A stretch of 64,000 nucleotides of DNA, taken from assembly GCA_963788035.1 (NCBI GenBank), contig CAWBFC010000004.1, forward strand, positions 17,752 through 81,751. Direction: 5' to 3'. Positions 1 through 8,754 of the stretch are shown piece by piece. The translations under genes and the position numbers were made by a program. The stretch comes from an uncultured beta proteobacterium (GTDB lineage: Bacteria > Pseudomonadota > Gammaproteobacteria > Burkholderiales > Burkholderiaceae_C). Below the pieces are notes generated by a model that saw only the letters and a list, made by a program, of their open reading frames with translations, did not search any database and was not told where the DNA came from. Numbering within the stretch: position 1 is the first letter of the stretch; the number at the start of each line of letters is the position of its first letter.

Positions 1-1165
1 CCGCTGCCAGTCGCTCTTCACGAGTTGCCCGTGGCCGAATGGTCACCGTCACCGCCTTGCGACGTTGTGTGGCGGAGCGCAGCTTGAAACTCGACGGATC
101 GAGGACACGAACCTCGGCAGTGGCCAGCTGTTGCCCGATTCGCGCCAGCAGCGCGTCCTGGTCAGCCTCGGACGACTCGGCCAGCTTTTGGATGGCCGCG
201 AGGTACGAGTGCCGCGTCTGGCCGGAACGCAGCATCATCGATTGCAGCGCGAGGCCTGTGAGGCGCTTAAGGTAGCTCTCCATCGCCTTCAAGAAACCGG
301 GCTGCTTGGACTCGCATGCCGCGTCGACGATGTCTTCGATGCGCCCCAGCAGCCAGTCATAGACCGACGGACCGGTGAACTCCTTGACGGCCCAATGAGC
401 GACATCGTGAAGCTGCTCGTCGATCCGCTTGAACTTCTGCTCGGTGACGGCGCGCAACTTCTCGAGGTTCTGCCGGATGGCCTGCCGGTTCAAGTTAGCG
501 TCGTCCGCTGTGAGCTGCTTGGAATACTCGCGTTGAAAGCGGTCCAGGAACTCGACGAACTCGCTCCACTGCGTGTGCACTGACGCGTTCTGCATGAGGT
601 GGCGCACCAACTGCTGGAAGTAGTCGATGCCTTCCGTCAGGTCCTCGATGACCTTTTCGGCGTACTCGTAGGCGTCCATCAGGTCGTGCGCGTCGCCACG
701 TGCCGAGAGCGCCGCATCCAGGGCATTGCGGCAGCCGCGCATGTTCCGCTGACGGCTCCGGCTGGGACGATCCAGCGCCCACAGAGCTTCTGAGAACAGC
801 TTCCCCGCACGGGAGAACCGGAACGCGGTGACAAGGCCGTGGCGGTCGGCGAACTGCTCAAGCCAGCCATCGAGCAGCAGCGTACGCATGAGTAGCGACG
901 TGAGTTGCTGCGGGTCGTTGGCTTCAGGCTCGTTGAACTCGTCCTGTTCGGCCTCCGGCGCAGCGCGGTCGAGGTAGTCGCGCACAACCGGGAACAGAAG
1001 TTCCCGCAACGCATCGCGGGTCATGTTGTGCGAGTAATCGGCGGTCGGCCCATGCAGTCGCTCATAGAGCGCGCGCAGGCACGCGACCACCAGCTCACGA
1101 CGAGTGCTGTTCAATGGCCGAAAGAAACGACTGCGGTCACCTTCAAAGAACACGCTCGCACTCAT
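1..1165 (-). CDS. Partial CDS (C-terminus lies off-window). Alpha-helical protein, possibly a JetA/MksF-like kleisin of a Wadjet/condensin-type module.
   Basis: Absent from the ORF track because it leaves the window. My translation of the minus strand from ATG 1165..1163 gives MSASVFFEGDRSRFFRPLNSTRRELVVACLRALYERLHG...LLDGWLEQFADRHGLVTAFRFSRAGKLF...YFQQLVRHLMQN... It stays open for all ~388 codons down to position 1 and has strong GC3. The CDS itself is solid. The JetA-like call rests only on my memory of the N-terminal FF-x-(P/I)L...RE...L..LY pattern and is weak. Confidence 0.5.
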   Translation of the reverse strand, partial: MSASVFFEGDRSRFFRPLNSTRRELVVACLRALYERLHGPTADYSHNMTRDALRELLFPVVRDYLDRAAPEAEQDEFNEPEANDPQQLTSLLMRTLLLDGWLEQFADRHGLVTAFRFSRAGKLFSEALWALDRPSRSRQRNMRGCRNALDAALSARGDAHDLMDAYEYAEKVIEDLTEGIDYFQQLVRHLMQNASVHTQWSEFVEFLDRFQREYSKQLTADDANLNRQAIRQNLEKLRAVTEQKFKRIDEQLHDVAHWAVKEFTGPSVYDWLLGRIEDIVDAACESKQPGFLKAMESYLKRLTGLALQSMMLRSGQTRHSYLAAIQKLAESSEADQDALLARIGQQLATAEVRVLDPSSFKLRSATQRRKAVTVTIRPRATREERLAA

Positions 1166-1356
1166 TCGCCCCCCGCCCTCGAGTTCGAGCTGCCTTCGGG
1201 CGGGATGCGCAGCTTCTTGGCGTAGGTGCGGACCATGACCTCGAACATGTTGGTCAGGGTGCGATGTTCCTCGGCGGCACAGCGCTCCCAAAGTGTCCGC
1301 ACTTCAGGAGTCATTTTTAGAGTTGTCGCAGAAGTCTTGGATTTGGGGCGCGGCAT
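1162..1356 (-). CDS. Small ribbon-helix-helix (CopG/Arc/MetJ-like) DNA-binding protein
   Basis: 64 aa. The segment TPEVRTLWERCAAEEHRTLTNMFEVMVRTYAKKL fits a strand-helix-helix layout. Its stop overlaps the next gene's start as ATGA (1162-1165). The start could be 1356 or the internal Met at MTPEV. Confidence 0.55.
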   Translation of the reverse strand: MPRPKSKTSATTLKMTPEVRTLWERCAAEEHRTLTNMFEVMVRTYAKKLRIPPEGSSNSRAGGE

Positions 1357-1823
1357 CGATTTGCTGGTCCCTGGCGGGTGTATTTTTGGCTGCCAAGTAT
1401 GGCCAATGGATATACGTTATCAGCTCCCTGGGTCCTGGCCACCATCAGAGAAGGGGTCGTGGCACGCGCGTCCCGCGACGTACGCAGCAACTCAAGGCGG
1501 AATGTTGCGCCGCAAGTGGCTCACCAGGCGAGCCAGCACTGCCATCTCGCGCTGGTTGCCGCCGCTCTGCTAGCCGAAGCGGGGGTACTGTCGGATCAAG
1601 AGACGTTCTTTCGGTCGCTGCACTGATCTCAGGGAATTTGGCCGAGCGCACCCTCCTCATGCCACCGTCCCACGTCGTGAAGCTCGCCCGCAGGGCCGGC
1701 ATCAATAGCAAGTGGCCGGCAGCGCTGTGTACGCACGCTAGCGGCCAGTTCGAGATGGGCAGATCGTGCGACTGGCCAGGTTGGAGTGATGGTTCTCCAA
1801 GGTGTTGCACTGATCTCTCGCAG

Positions 1824-4800
1824 CTACACCCCGCCGGCGACGACACGCACTGTGCTCGCACCCTGGCCCTGCCGTTCGACCAGCACCTGAACGCCGATGC
1901 GCTCCGCTAAGCCGGGAACATGTGAGATCAGCCCGACCTTGCGTCCGGCGGACTGGATCGAGTCGAGCGTTGAGAGCGCAGTCTCTAGCGTCTTCGGATC
2001 GAGGGACCCGAAGCCCTCGTCAATGAACAGCGATTCGATCCGTACCTTCTCCGAGGCAAGCGACGAAAGTCCAAGTGCCAGAGCCAGCGAAACGAGGAAG
2101 GTCTCGCCGCCGGAAAGCGATGCAGTCGAGCGAATCTCGTCACCCATGTCGCGATCGACGACCTGAAGTTCCAAGTCCTGGGCTTTCACGCGTTGCAACG
2201 CATATCGCGGTGCGAGGCTGGCCAGTTCGGCGTTGGCATGGCCGACAAGCATTTCCATTGTCATGCTCTGGGCGAACTTGCGGAACTTCCTGCCGTCGGC
2301 TGACCCGATCAGCGCGTCGAGCTGTTGCCAGACCGTAGCCTCCTTGCGCGCCCGCTCAAGCTCTCGGGCCTTGGCCTCGCCAATCGCGCGGTTCTGATTG
2401 TCTTGATCGAGTCGTTGCTTCGCGGCGCCGAGCTGTTGGCTCTGTTCCCCATGTTGTGGCTCCAGGGTTGCGAGGCTAGTTTCAATTTCAGTCAAAGGCA
2501 GCGCGGGCGCCGTCTGCGCTTCGTGGGCCGAGAGGTCCTTGTTCCGTTCTTCGACAGCCTTGGATTCGCTGGAATGCAGGCGTTCGATCTCGGTCAGCGC
2601 CGCCCGCTCCTGACGGACCCATTGTTCCTCGTGTGCAAGGCGGATGCGTAGCGTCGCGGTGTCGAGCCCGGCCACCGCAAGAGCCTCGGCAAGTGCCTTC
2701 GCCGCAAGCTCCTTGGCCTGGGTGCACTTGGTGACCTCCTGCGCCGCGATCTTGTGCGCTTCACCTCTCTTGGCGGCTTCTTCCCGAGTTCGCTTTGCCT
2801 GCTCAGCGGCGGTAGCGTGCGCCTGCTCGGAAGCCTTCAACGCAGCTTGCAGCGCCGCCTCGACTTCCGCAGCTGGTCTGCCCTGGAGAACCTCTCGCCG
2901 CTGCGCCAGCAATGCGTCCCGCTCGGAAGCTTGCTGCTTGCGCTCGATATCGAGGACCTCTCGATGCTGCGTCGATTGCTTCAGCGCGTTGGCCTGCAGC
3001 TCCAACTGCGTGTCGATGTCGGACAGCTGCTTGCTGCAGCTATCGTGGGATTGCGTGCTCTGCCGCGCCTCCTCGACCCGTACGGACCACTTCGCGACGA
3101 AGACCTTCGGGTCGACCTCGAGTTCCCCCTGCCAGCCATCGACGTCGGCAAACGCGTGAGCGAGGTTTTCGATTGTCGCGTCGAGCACTTTGCGGTGGGC
3201 AGACGCATCAGCGATGGCGCCGTTGCGCTTCTCGATCATTGATGCCACGGCGCTCTCGGCTGCCTTGAGCGAGCTGCGCGCCTTGTCGACACGGCCTGCC
3301 ACTTCTTCTTGCGACTTGCGAGCGTCCGCGGCCGTCCTGCGAAGCTGCACCAAGGCTTGATCCTGCTGGGCAATCGCCTTGGACTCTGCATCCACTTCGA
3401 GCGCTTGCGCATCCAGCCAGCCCTTGGAGTCAGTGACCAAGAGATCACCTGCACCGCCGTGCGATCGCCACTGATCTGCAGCAACGCCAAACTCACCTTG
3501 CCAGCGCTCGATCTCCTTCGCCAGATCAAGCGCCCGGCTGCTACGCGCCTCAGCGCGTGCCTTCTCGGTGGTCTCGCGCTTCTGAAGTTCCGCGTGGCGA
3601 TCGGATTGTTGACGCTTTTGCGCTTCCAGAACCGCAACGGTCGTTTCAATCGGACCTGTGCCAGGGTGGTGCGTCGACCCGCACAAGGGGCAGGGCTCGC
3701 CATCGACGAGTTGGGCGCGGTGCGCTTCAAGGCCAAGTTGGACGAGCAGGCGATCGGTGCCGGCGAGCTGCTGCGCGACCTCACTCCGGGCTGCTGCCGC
3801 TTGTCCGGCCAGAGCCTCTGCCTCCGCTGCCTCTTTCTTGGCCTTAGCTGCCTCGGCCAGCCGATCCTGACACTCTTTGTCGGCCTTCACAGCCTGTTCG
3901 CGGTGCTGCTGGAGCTTCGTGAGACGGGCGCGCAGGGTATCGAGTGCGGCTCTTCGCTCACCAAGGCTGCCGGCCGGATGCGCCGCTTCGGCGGCCTCGG
4001 CCGTGCGAACGCGCCCCTGTGCCGCCTTGGCCGTTACCTCGATACCGGCCAAGTCAAGCTGCGCCTGTACCTGCGCAGCGACCGCCTTCTCTTGGGCCTC
4101 CTGCAGGGCCGGCAGGGCCGCGCACTGCACCTTCCAACTGCCATGCGTCCTTTCGAAGGCCAGCAGCTGCGGTGCAACGCCTTCGCTCCAACTTTTGGCA
4201 AGCGCGACCACTGCGCCGTTCGCCTCGACCCAGCGCGACACCTTCTCCAGCGCTGCGCCAATGATCTTGCGTTGTTCGCCCAGAGCCCGCCCATTTTTCG
4301 TCAGCGCAGCAAGCCCGTTGTCGATGTCTGCCAGCTTCTTGTCCACGGCTTCGACAGCCTTCGCCTTCTCTACGATCGCTTGATCCAGGGACTTGGCCTT
4401 ATCGATTTGCGGCTTGGTCACTTCCAAGTCGGTGCGGCGCTGCTCATGGTCCTTCGACGCCTGCGTGAGCGCCGAGGCTGAGCGCTCGTCGTCGCTCTTT
4501 GCCTGTGCGAAGGCGCTTTCGGAAGCCTTGATCTGCTTTTCAGCAGCATCGAGTTCAGCGGCTGTTCGCGTTGCTTCCTTGTCAATGGAGCGCAGTGGCT
4601 GGACTCGTTCGATGTCGGCCAGCGCTTCGCGGCGCGGCGCAGCGTCTGTCCACTGCTGTGTGAAGGCAGCTAGCCTCGCGCGCGCCTGGGCTAGCTTGTG
4701 CCCGAGATCTGTGGCCTTGGTCCACCATGCCTTTTGTTCGCGCAGCACTCCGAGCCGGCTGGCGGTGCTGGCGACGGTCCTCCCCAGTTCGTCAACGTTC

Positions 4801-5513
4801 GCTGCCAACGCCGCCCGTGCTTCGGCGTCCAGGATCGGAAGCGCTTTCGCCGCTTCTTCCTGAAGCCGAAGCGACTCCTCGATCTCCTTGGCCTTGGCGT
4901 AGGCGCGTTTCGAGATGGCGCTGTAGAGTTCCGTGCCGGTCATGCGTTCCAACAGTTCGGAGCGTTCATCGCTCTTGGCTTTGAGGAAGGCCGCGAAGTC
5001 GCCCTGCGCGAGCAGGATCGAGCGTCGAAACTGGTCGAAGGTCAGGCCGACGGCGCGCTCGGTGGCCGCGAGCACTTCTGTCTTTGTGCGACCCAACGAT
5101 TGGCCCGATTCGTCGTCGAACAGTTGAATCTCCGACTGCTGGAGCTTGCCGCCCACCTTGCTTCGTGCGCGCCGTACTGACCAACTCGCGCGGTAGCGGC
5201 GCCCATCGGTACCAACGAATCGGACCTCGGCCAGGCCGTCGGCCGTGCCCCGACGCAACAGGTTGCGCGGGTCGTGTACGCCCAACGACTCGTCGGGCCC
5301 GTCCGGGATCTGGTAGCCGGAATTCGACTCCAGGCGGGGTGTTCGGTCGTACAGCGCCAGGCTCAGCGCGTCGAGCAGCGTGCTCTTGCCTGCGCCGGTG
5401 GGGCCGGCAATGGCGAACAGGCCCGCCTCGGCGAGGGGGCCGTGCTCGAAGTCGAGGTTGAAATCACCGGCCAGGCTGGCGAGGTTGCGCCCGCGGATCT
5501 GGAGAATCTTCAT
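1824..5513 (-). CDS. sbcC: SbcC/Rad50-family SMC-like ATPase (about 1229 aa)
   Basis: ORF-track 1824..5807 was trimmed to ATG 5513 (MKILQIRGRNLASLAG). That ATG overlaps the sbcD stop as ATGA. Motifs seen: Walker A GPTGAGKSTLLDAL, a very long A/E/Q/K-rich coiled coil, a central zinc hook CPLCGSTHH, signature LSGGETFLVSLALALGLS, and Walker B LFIDEGFGSLD. Confidence 0.9.
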   Translation of the reverse strand: MKILQIRGRNLASLAGDFNLDFEHGPLAEAGLFAIAGPTGAGKSTLLDALSLALYDRTPRLESNSGYQIPDGPDESLGVHDPRNLLRRGTADGLAEVRFVGTDGRRYRASWSVRRARSKVGGKLQQSEIQLFDDESGQSLGRTKTEVLAATERAVGLTFDQFRRSILLAQGDFAAFLKAKSDERSELLERMTGTELYSAISKRAYAKAKEIEESLRLQEEAAKALPILDAEARAALAANVDELGRTVASTASRLGVLREQKAWWTKATDLGHKLAQARARLAAFTQQWTDAAPRREALADIERVQPLRSIDKEATRTAAELDAAEKQIKASESAFAQAKSDDERSASALTQASKDHEQRRTDLEVTKPQIDKAKSLDQAIVEKAKAVEAVDKKLADIDNGLAALTKNGRALGEQRKIIGAALEKVSRWVEANGAVVALAKSWSEGVAPQLLAFERTHGSWKVQCAALPALQEAQEKAVAAQVQAQLDLAGIEVTAKAAQGRVRTAEAAEAAHPAGSLGERRAALDTLRARLTKLQQHREQAVKADKECQDRLAEAAKAKKEAAEAEALAGQAAAARSEVAQQLAGTDRLLVQLGLEAHRAQLVDGEPCPLCGSTHHPGTGPIETTVAVLEAQKRQQSDRHAELQKRETTEKARAEARSSRALDLAKEIERWQGEFGVAADQWRSHGGAGDLLVTDSKGWLDAQALEVDAESKAIAQQDQALVQLRRTAADARKSQEEVAGRVDKARSSLKAAESAVASMIEKRNGAIADASAHRKVLDATIENLAHAFADVDGWQGELEVDPKVFVAKWSVRVEEARQSTQSHDSCSKQLSDIDTQLELQANALKQSTQHREVLDIERKQQASERDALLAQRREVLQGRPAAEVEAALQAALKASEQAHATAAEQAKRTREEAAKRGEAHKIAAQEVTKCTQAKELAAKALAEALAVAGLDTATLRIRLAHEEQWVRQERAALTEIERLHSSESKAVEERNKDLSAHEAQTAPALPLTEIETSLATLEPQHGEQSQQLGAAKQRLDQDNQNRAIGEAKARELERARKEATVWQQLDALIGSADGRKFRKFAQSMTMEMLVGHANAELASLAPRYALQRVKAQDLELQVVDRDMGDEIRSTASLSGGETFLVSLALALGLSSLASEKVRIESLFIDEGFGSLDPKTLETALSTLDSIQSAGRKVGLISHVPGLAERIGVQVLVERQGQGASTVRVVAGGV

Positions 5514-6754
5514 GCGGCCTCCGGGTCGGCCTGCGCCTCGCCAAGCAACTGGTGGTAGGCGGCCAGCAGATCCGCCGGCGGCTCGCCTTCGTGTTCTCGG
5601 GCCCAACGCTGGCGCAGCACATCTTCGGGCTGCAAGTCGTTCAAGGACGCCTTGGGCAACGCATCGGCCAACGCCTGGCCGGTCCCGGTGTACCGGGTGG
5701 AGATGCGCGCGAGTCGCACGCCCTTGCCCTCCAGGGCCTTCTCGATCTTCGAGCGCAAAGCGGGCTCCGGCTGTTCCAGCAAGACCGGCACTTCGATGAT
5801 CGGCCACTCGTCCGGCGGCAGATGGGTGCGGCTGGCCATGGCCACGAGGGCGGCCTCCACTTCCGCAAGCGGGCTGGCTTTGGTCGGCACGCGCAACAGA
5901 TCCACCTTGCGGGGGATGGGCTCGCTCGCGACCGACACAAGCTTCCCGTCGTGGATGTCCACTACGCAGACCTGATGCAGGTAGTCGATCTCAGCCATCG
6001 ACAGTGGAATCGGCGAGCCGGAGTACCGTATCGACCCCCGCGTGACCACTTGCGCCAGGTGCAAGTGGCCGAGCGCGACATAGACCAGCGACTCGGGGAA
6101 GAGATCGGCCGGCAGCGCGTGCTGGTTGCCGCCGAGGATCTTTCGCTCCGAAAGCTCCGAGATCGCGGTGCCGGTCATGTACAGGTGGCCCATGGCCAAC
6201 AAGGCTTGGCCCGGGGCCCGCACACTCTCGGCATGCGCGATGGCGTCCGCGTACACACGCCGCACCCCTTCGACCAGCGCATCGACGCCTTCCTCCTTGA
6301 TCACCGGGAGGTCGGCAGGGCGGAGGAAGGGCATTGCGACAACCTTGGCCACTTCGATGCCCGCCTTGTCCTTGAGCGGCACGATCAGCTTCGCGTAGTC
6401 GATGCCCCCGCCGTCGCTGCGCGGCAGGCCCCCAACGACGCGAACGCCGAACGCATGGAGCAGCGGTTCTGGCGCATCAAGGCGCGACGCAGAATCGTGG
6501 TTGCCGCCAATGAGCACGATGTCCAGGCCGGGCACGCGCCGGCGCGCCGCCGCCAGGAATTCGTAGAAGTCGGCCTGCGCTTCGGCCGACGGATTCGAGG
6601 TGTCGAAGATGTCGCCCGCGACAAGCAGCGCGTCGGCCGCGAGCGCTTCCAGCCGGCCGAGCAGCCAATCGAAGAAGGCCAGGTGCTCGGCCCGCCGCGA
6701 AATCTCATGCAGGGTGTGGCCCAGGTGCCAATCGGAGGTGTGAACAAGCCTCAT
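5510..6754 (-). CDS. sbcD: SbcD/Mre11-family nuclease
   Basis: Trimmed to ATG 6754 (MRLVHTSDWHLGH). Phosphoesterase motifs present: DWHLG, AGDIFD, GGNHD, AMGHLYM, ALGHLHL. ATGA overlaps occur at both ends (6751-6754 and 5510-5513). Confidence 0.9.
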   Translation of the reverse strand: MRLVHTSDWHLGHTLHEISRRAEHLAFFDWLLGRLEALAADALLVAGDIFDTSNPSAEAQADFYEFLAAARRRVPGLDIVLIGGNHDSASRLDAPEPLLHAFGVRVVGGLPRSDGGGIDYAKLIVPLKDKAGIEVAKVVAMPFLRPADLPVIKEEGVDALVEGVRRVYADAIAHAESVRAPGQALLAMGHLYMTGTAISELSERKILGGNQHALPADLFPESLVYVALGHLHLAQVVTRGSIRYSGSPIPLSMAEIDYLHQVCVVDIHDGKLVSVASEPIPRKVDLLRVPTKASPLAEVEAALVAMASRTHLPPDEWPIIEVPVLLEQPEPALRSKIEKALEGKGVRLARISTRYTGTGQALADALPKASLNDLQPEDVLRQRWAREHEGEPPADLLAAYHQLLGEAQADPEAA

Positions 6755-8691
6755 CGAACCCACTCCCGCCAGGCTTCGAAAATCATCACCATCGCCAGGG
6801 TGTCCAGCTCGCAGTAGCGGCGCAGCGCATCGGCTACCTTGTCGCGCTCCAAGGTGTCGGTTTCCTCGAACTGGAATCGTGCCCACGCGGTGGTCGCCGC
6901 GCCGCCCTGGGCGATTTCCATGTCGTCGTCCGCCTCTAGGCTGGCCAGGGCCTCCGGTGGCAAGTCGTCGAAGACCTTGGGTAGCAGGTCATACGGATTC
7001 ACCGGCGTGCCGGCACGCTCCTGCCACCACTGTTGCGCGTCGAAGTTGAGGCTGGGAATGACGCCCGGCACACCATAGATCGGCTGGCTGTAGCGTTCCC
7101 GCAGGTAGTTGGACGCAGCCATCACCGCAGGCAGCACCTTCTTGATCGACGAGCTCCCCTGCGTGGCCGGATGGAAGAAGGCCTTGCGCGCCATGACACA
7201 CATGTCGTACATCGCTCGCGGCCCTTCGCGCTCGCCGTCCCTCGTGACTGAGAGCAGAAACTGACGAATCTCTTCGGCGTCGGCCGGCGCGTTGGGATCG
7301 TTGTCGAGTTCGGCAAGAACCGCGCGCAGAGTTGTGTTCTCGTGCGCGGTCCACATGAAGATCGTTCCATCTTGGCCCACCGCCGCTCGCAGCGCGCGGA
7401 CGAAGTCGTAGTTGGGCGAGAAGCCGCGCGCCGTGCTGAGAAATTCGTGTGCGTGCGTGACCGTGCCGTCGCGGTCGACTCGGTGATGCGAGAACTGGAA
7501 CGCGATGTTCGCGTACGGACGCTGTCCCGCGAAGAAGGGAATGGCCACGCGCGCCGTCTCGAAGTCGATAAAGTGCAGCGGGAACGTCCAGGAAGCCATT
7601 TCGTGGCGCATGAAGTCGCGGTCGATGAAGAATTCATCGCCGCCAGGCCACTGGCCACTGACCTGCATCCATTGACGCTGGCTCGTCGAGAGGCCACCTT
7701 CGCCAGCCTTGAGCTTTAGATCGTCGGCAGTGACGTCGCGGATCGAGAGCACGCCTTTCTCGATGAGCTTGTCCTTGCCCCGGAAGTTCGCAATGTCCAG
7801 CACCGTGCCGGCGTCGACACGTGCGCGGTTCCAGGCTTTGGCCTCCTGCCAGCACTCGTGGAAGCCACTTCTCAGCGTTGAGGCCTGGTCCGCACGGAAC
7901 TCGCATGAGGCGCAGGTACTGCTGATCGTCGGTGGAATCTTGCGGTCGGCCGCGTAAGCCTCGGCAAGCTGCAATGCTCGCCTGGCGAAGCCGTCCTGAG
8001 CCGCGCCGAGCATCTCGTCGACGAACACGTCCACTGGCGCCGCCGTCAGGAACGGCTCGCCAATGGTCGCCGTAGTTGTTCCGGGGGCGACGATCACATG
8101 CTGGCGCGATCCCTCGATACGCTGGATCCGAAACCGCTGGCTGAGGCCGTCGACGGTGCATGCCTTTGTCTTGTCCGTCATCATCAGATAGGCCTTGATC
8201 CGCCAGTGGGGATAGGCCAGCTTCAGAACGAACTTCTGGAACGCCACGTCCTCCAGGTAGGGACGCATGCCAGACACCCAGCCGCCGCGTGCTCCCTTGA
8301 AGACAAACGGGTCTGTGGAGTCGAAAGACTTGGCCTTAACCTCGATCAGGTCGACTTCGTCGCCCACCTTGCGCAGAACATCCACCCGCACCAGATAAGG
8401 CCCGGCTGCAATAGCCGCCTCGTACAGCGTAACCGTGTGCTGTTGCAGCAGATCCTGGGTTCGGGCGAGCGCTTCGGCATTGCCGGACGCAGTAACTTCG
8501 ATTCCGCCCGGGTACAGCAGCTTGGCCAGTTCGCCCACCTGGAACCCGCCATCGGCAAGCGCAGCAAGGAACTCATCATCGAGTTTCGTGTTCGCATATT
8601 CAGGCTTGCCGGTGTAAAACAGCTTCGTTGGACACTCCTGTGCCAGCGTGAAACGCGACTTGGTCAGGTATCGAGCGGTGGGCAACGTCAT
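6751..8691 (-). CDS. DUF2779-like protein: an N-terminal PD-(D/E)XK-type nuclease motif fused to a C-terminal DEDD/RNaseH-like region
   Basis: Contains YLTKSRFTLAQECPTKLFY, a PD-(D/E)XK-like motif DVLRKVGDEVDLIEVKAKS, and a Cys cluster TCASCEF...HECW. It then has FPLHFIDFETARVAIPFFAGQRPYANIAFQFSHH, which I recall as typical of DUF2779 proteins. The ORF-track start at 8730 is a TTG. ATG 8691 has a GGGAAG purine tract about 9 nt upstream. Confidence 0.7.
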   Translation of the reverse strand: MTLPTARYLTKSRFTLAQECPTKLFYTGKPEYANTKLDDEFLAALADGGFQVGELAKLLYPGGIEVTASGNAEALARTQDLLQQHTVTLYEAAIAAGPYLVRVDVLRKVGDEVDLIEVKAKSFDSTDPFVFKGARGGWVSGMRPYLEDVAFQKFVLKLAYPHWRIKAYLMMTDKTKACTVDGLSQRFRIQRIEGSRQHVIVAPGTTTATIGEPFLTAAPVDVFVDEMLGAAQDGFARRALQLAEAYAADRKIPPTISSTCASCEFRADQASTLRSGFHECWQEAKAWNRARVDAGTVLDIANFRGKDKLIEKGVLSIRDVTADDLKLKAGEGGLSTSQRQWMQVSGQWPGGDEFFIDRDFMRHEMASWTFPLHFIDFETARVAIPFFAGQRPYANIAFQFSHHRVDRDGTVTHAHEFLSTARGFSPNYDFVRALRAAVGQDGTIFMWTAHENTTLRAVLAELDNDPNAPADAEEIRQFLLSVTRDGEREGPRAMYDMCVMARKAFFHPATQGSSSIKKVLPAVMAASNYLRERYSQPIYGVPGVIPSLNFDAQQWWQERAGTPVNPYDLLPKVFDDLPPEALASLEADDDMEIAQGGAATTAWARFQFEETDTLERDKVADALRRYCELDTLAMVMIFEAWREWVR

Positions 8692-8754
8692 TTCTGTTCT
8701 TCCCTGCAGGTTGTTCTTGCAATCCGTCAACGGCGCTACGGGCGGCTTTCCTGT

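Noticed and set aside
1357-1823. ORFs 1293..1910 (+), 1378..1626 (+) and 1445..1861 (-) in the gap between the RHH gene and sbcC
   Set aside because: No frame shows consistent GC3 or a protein-like sequence. The region is comparatively AT-rich and most likely holds the sbcC-distal terminator and the RHH-operon promoter, or it is a decayed remnant. No clear hairpin terminator or promoter could be assigned.
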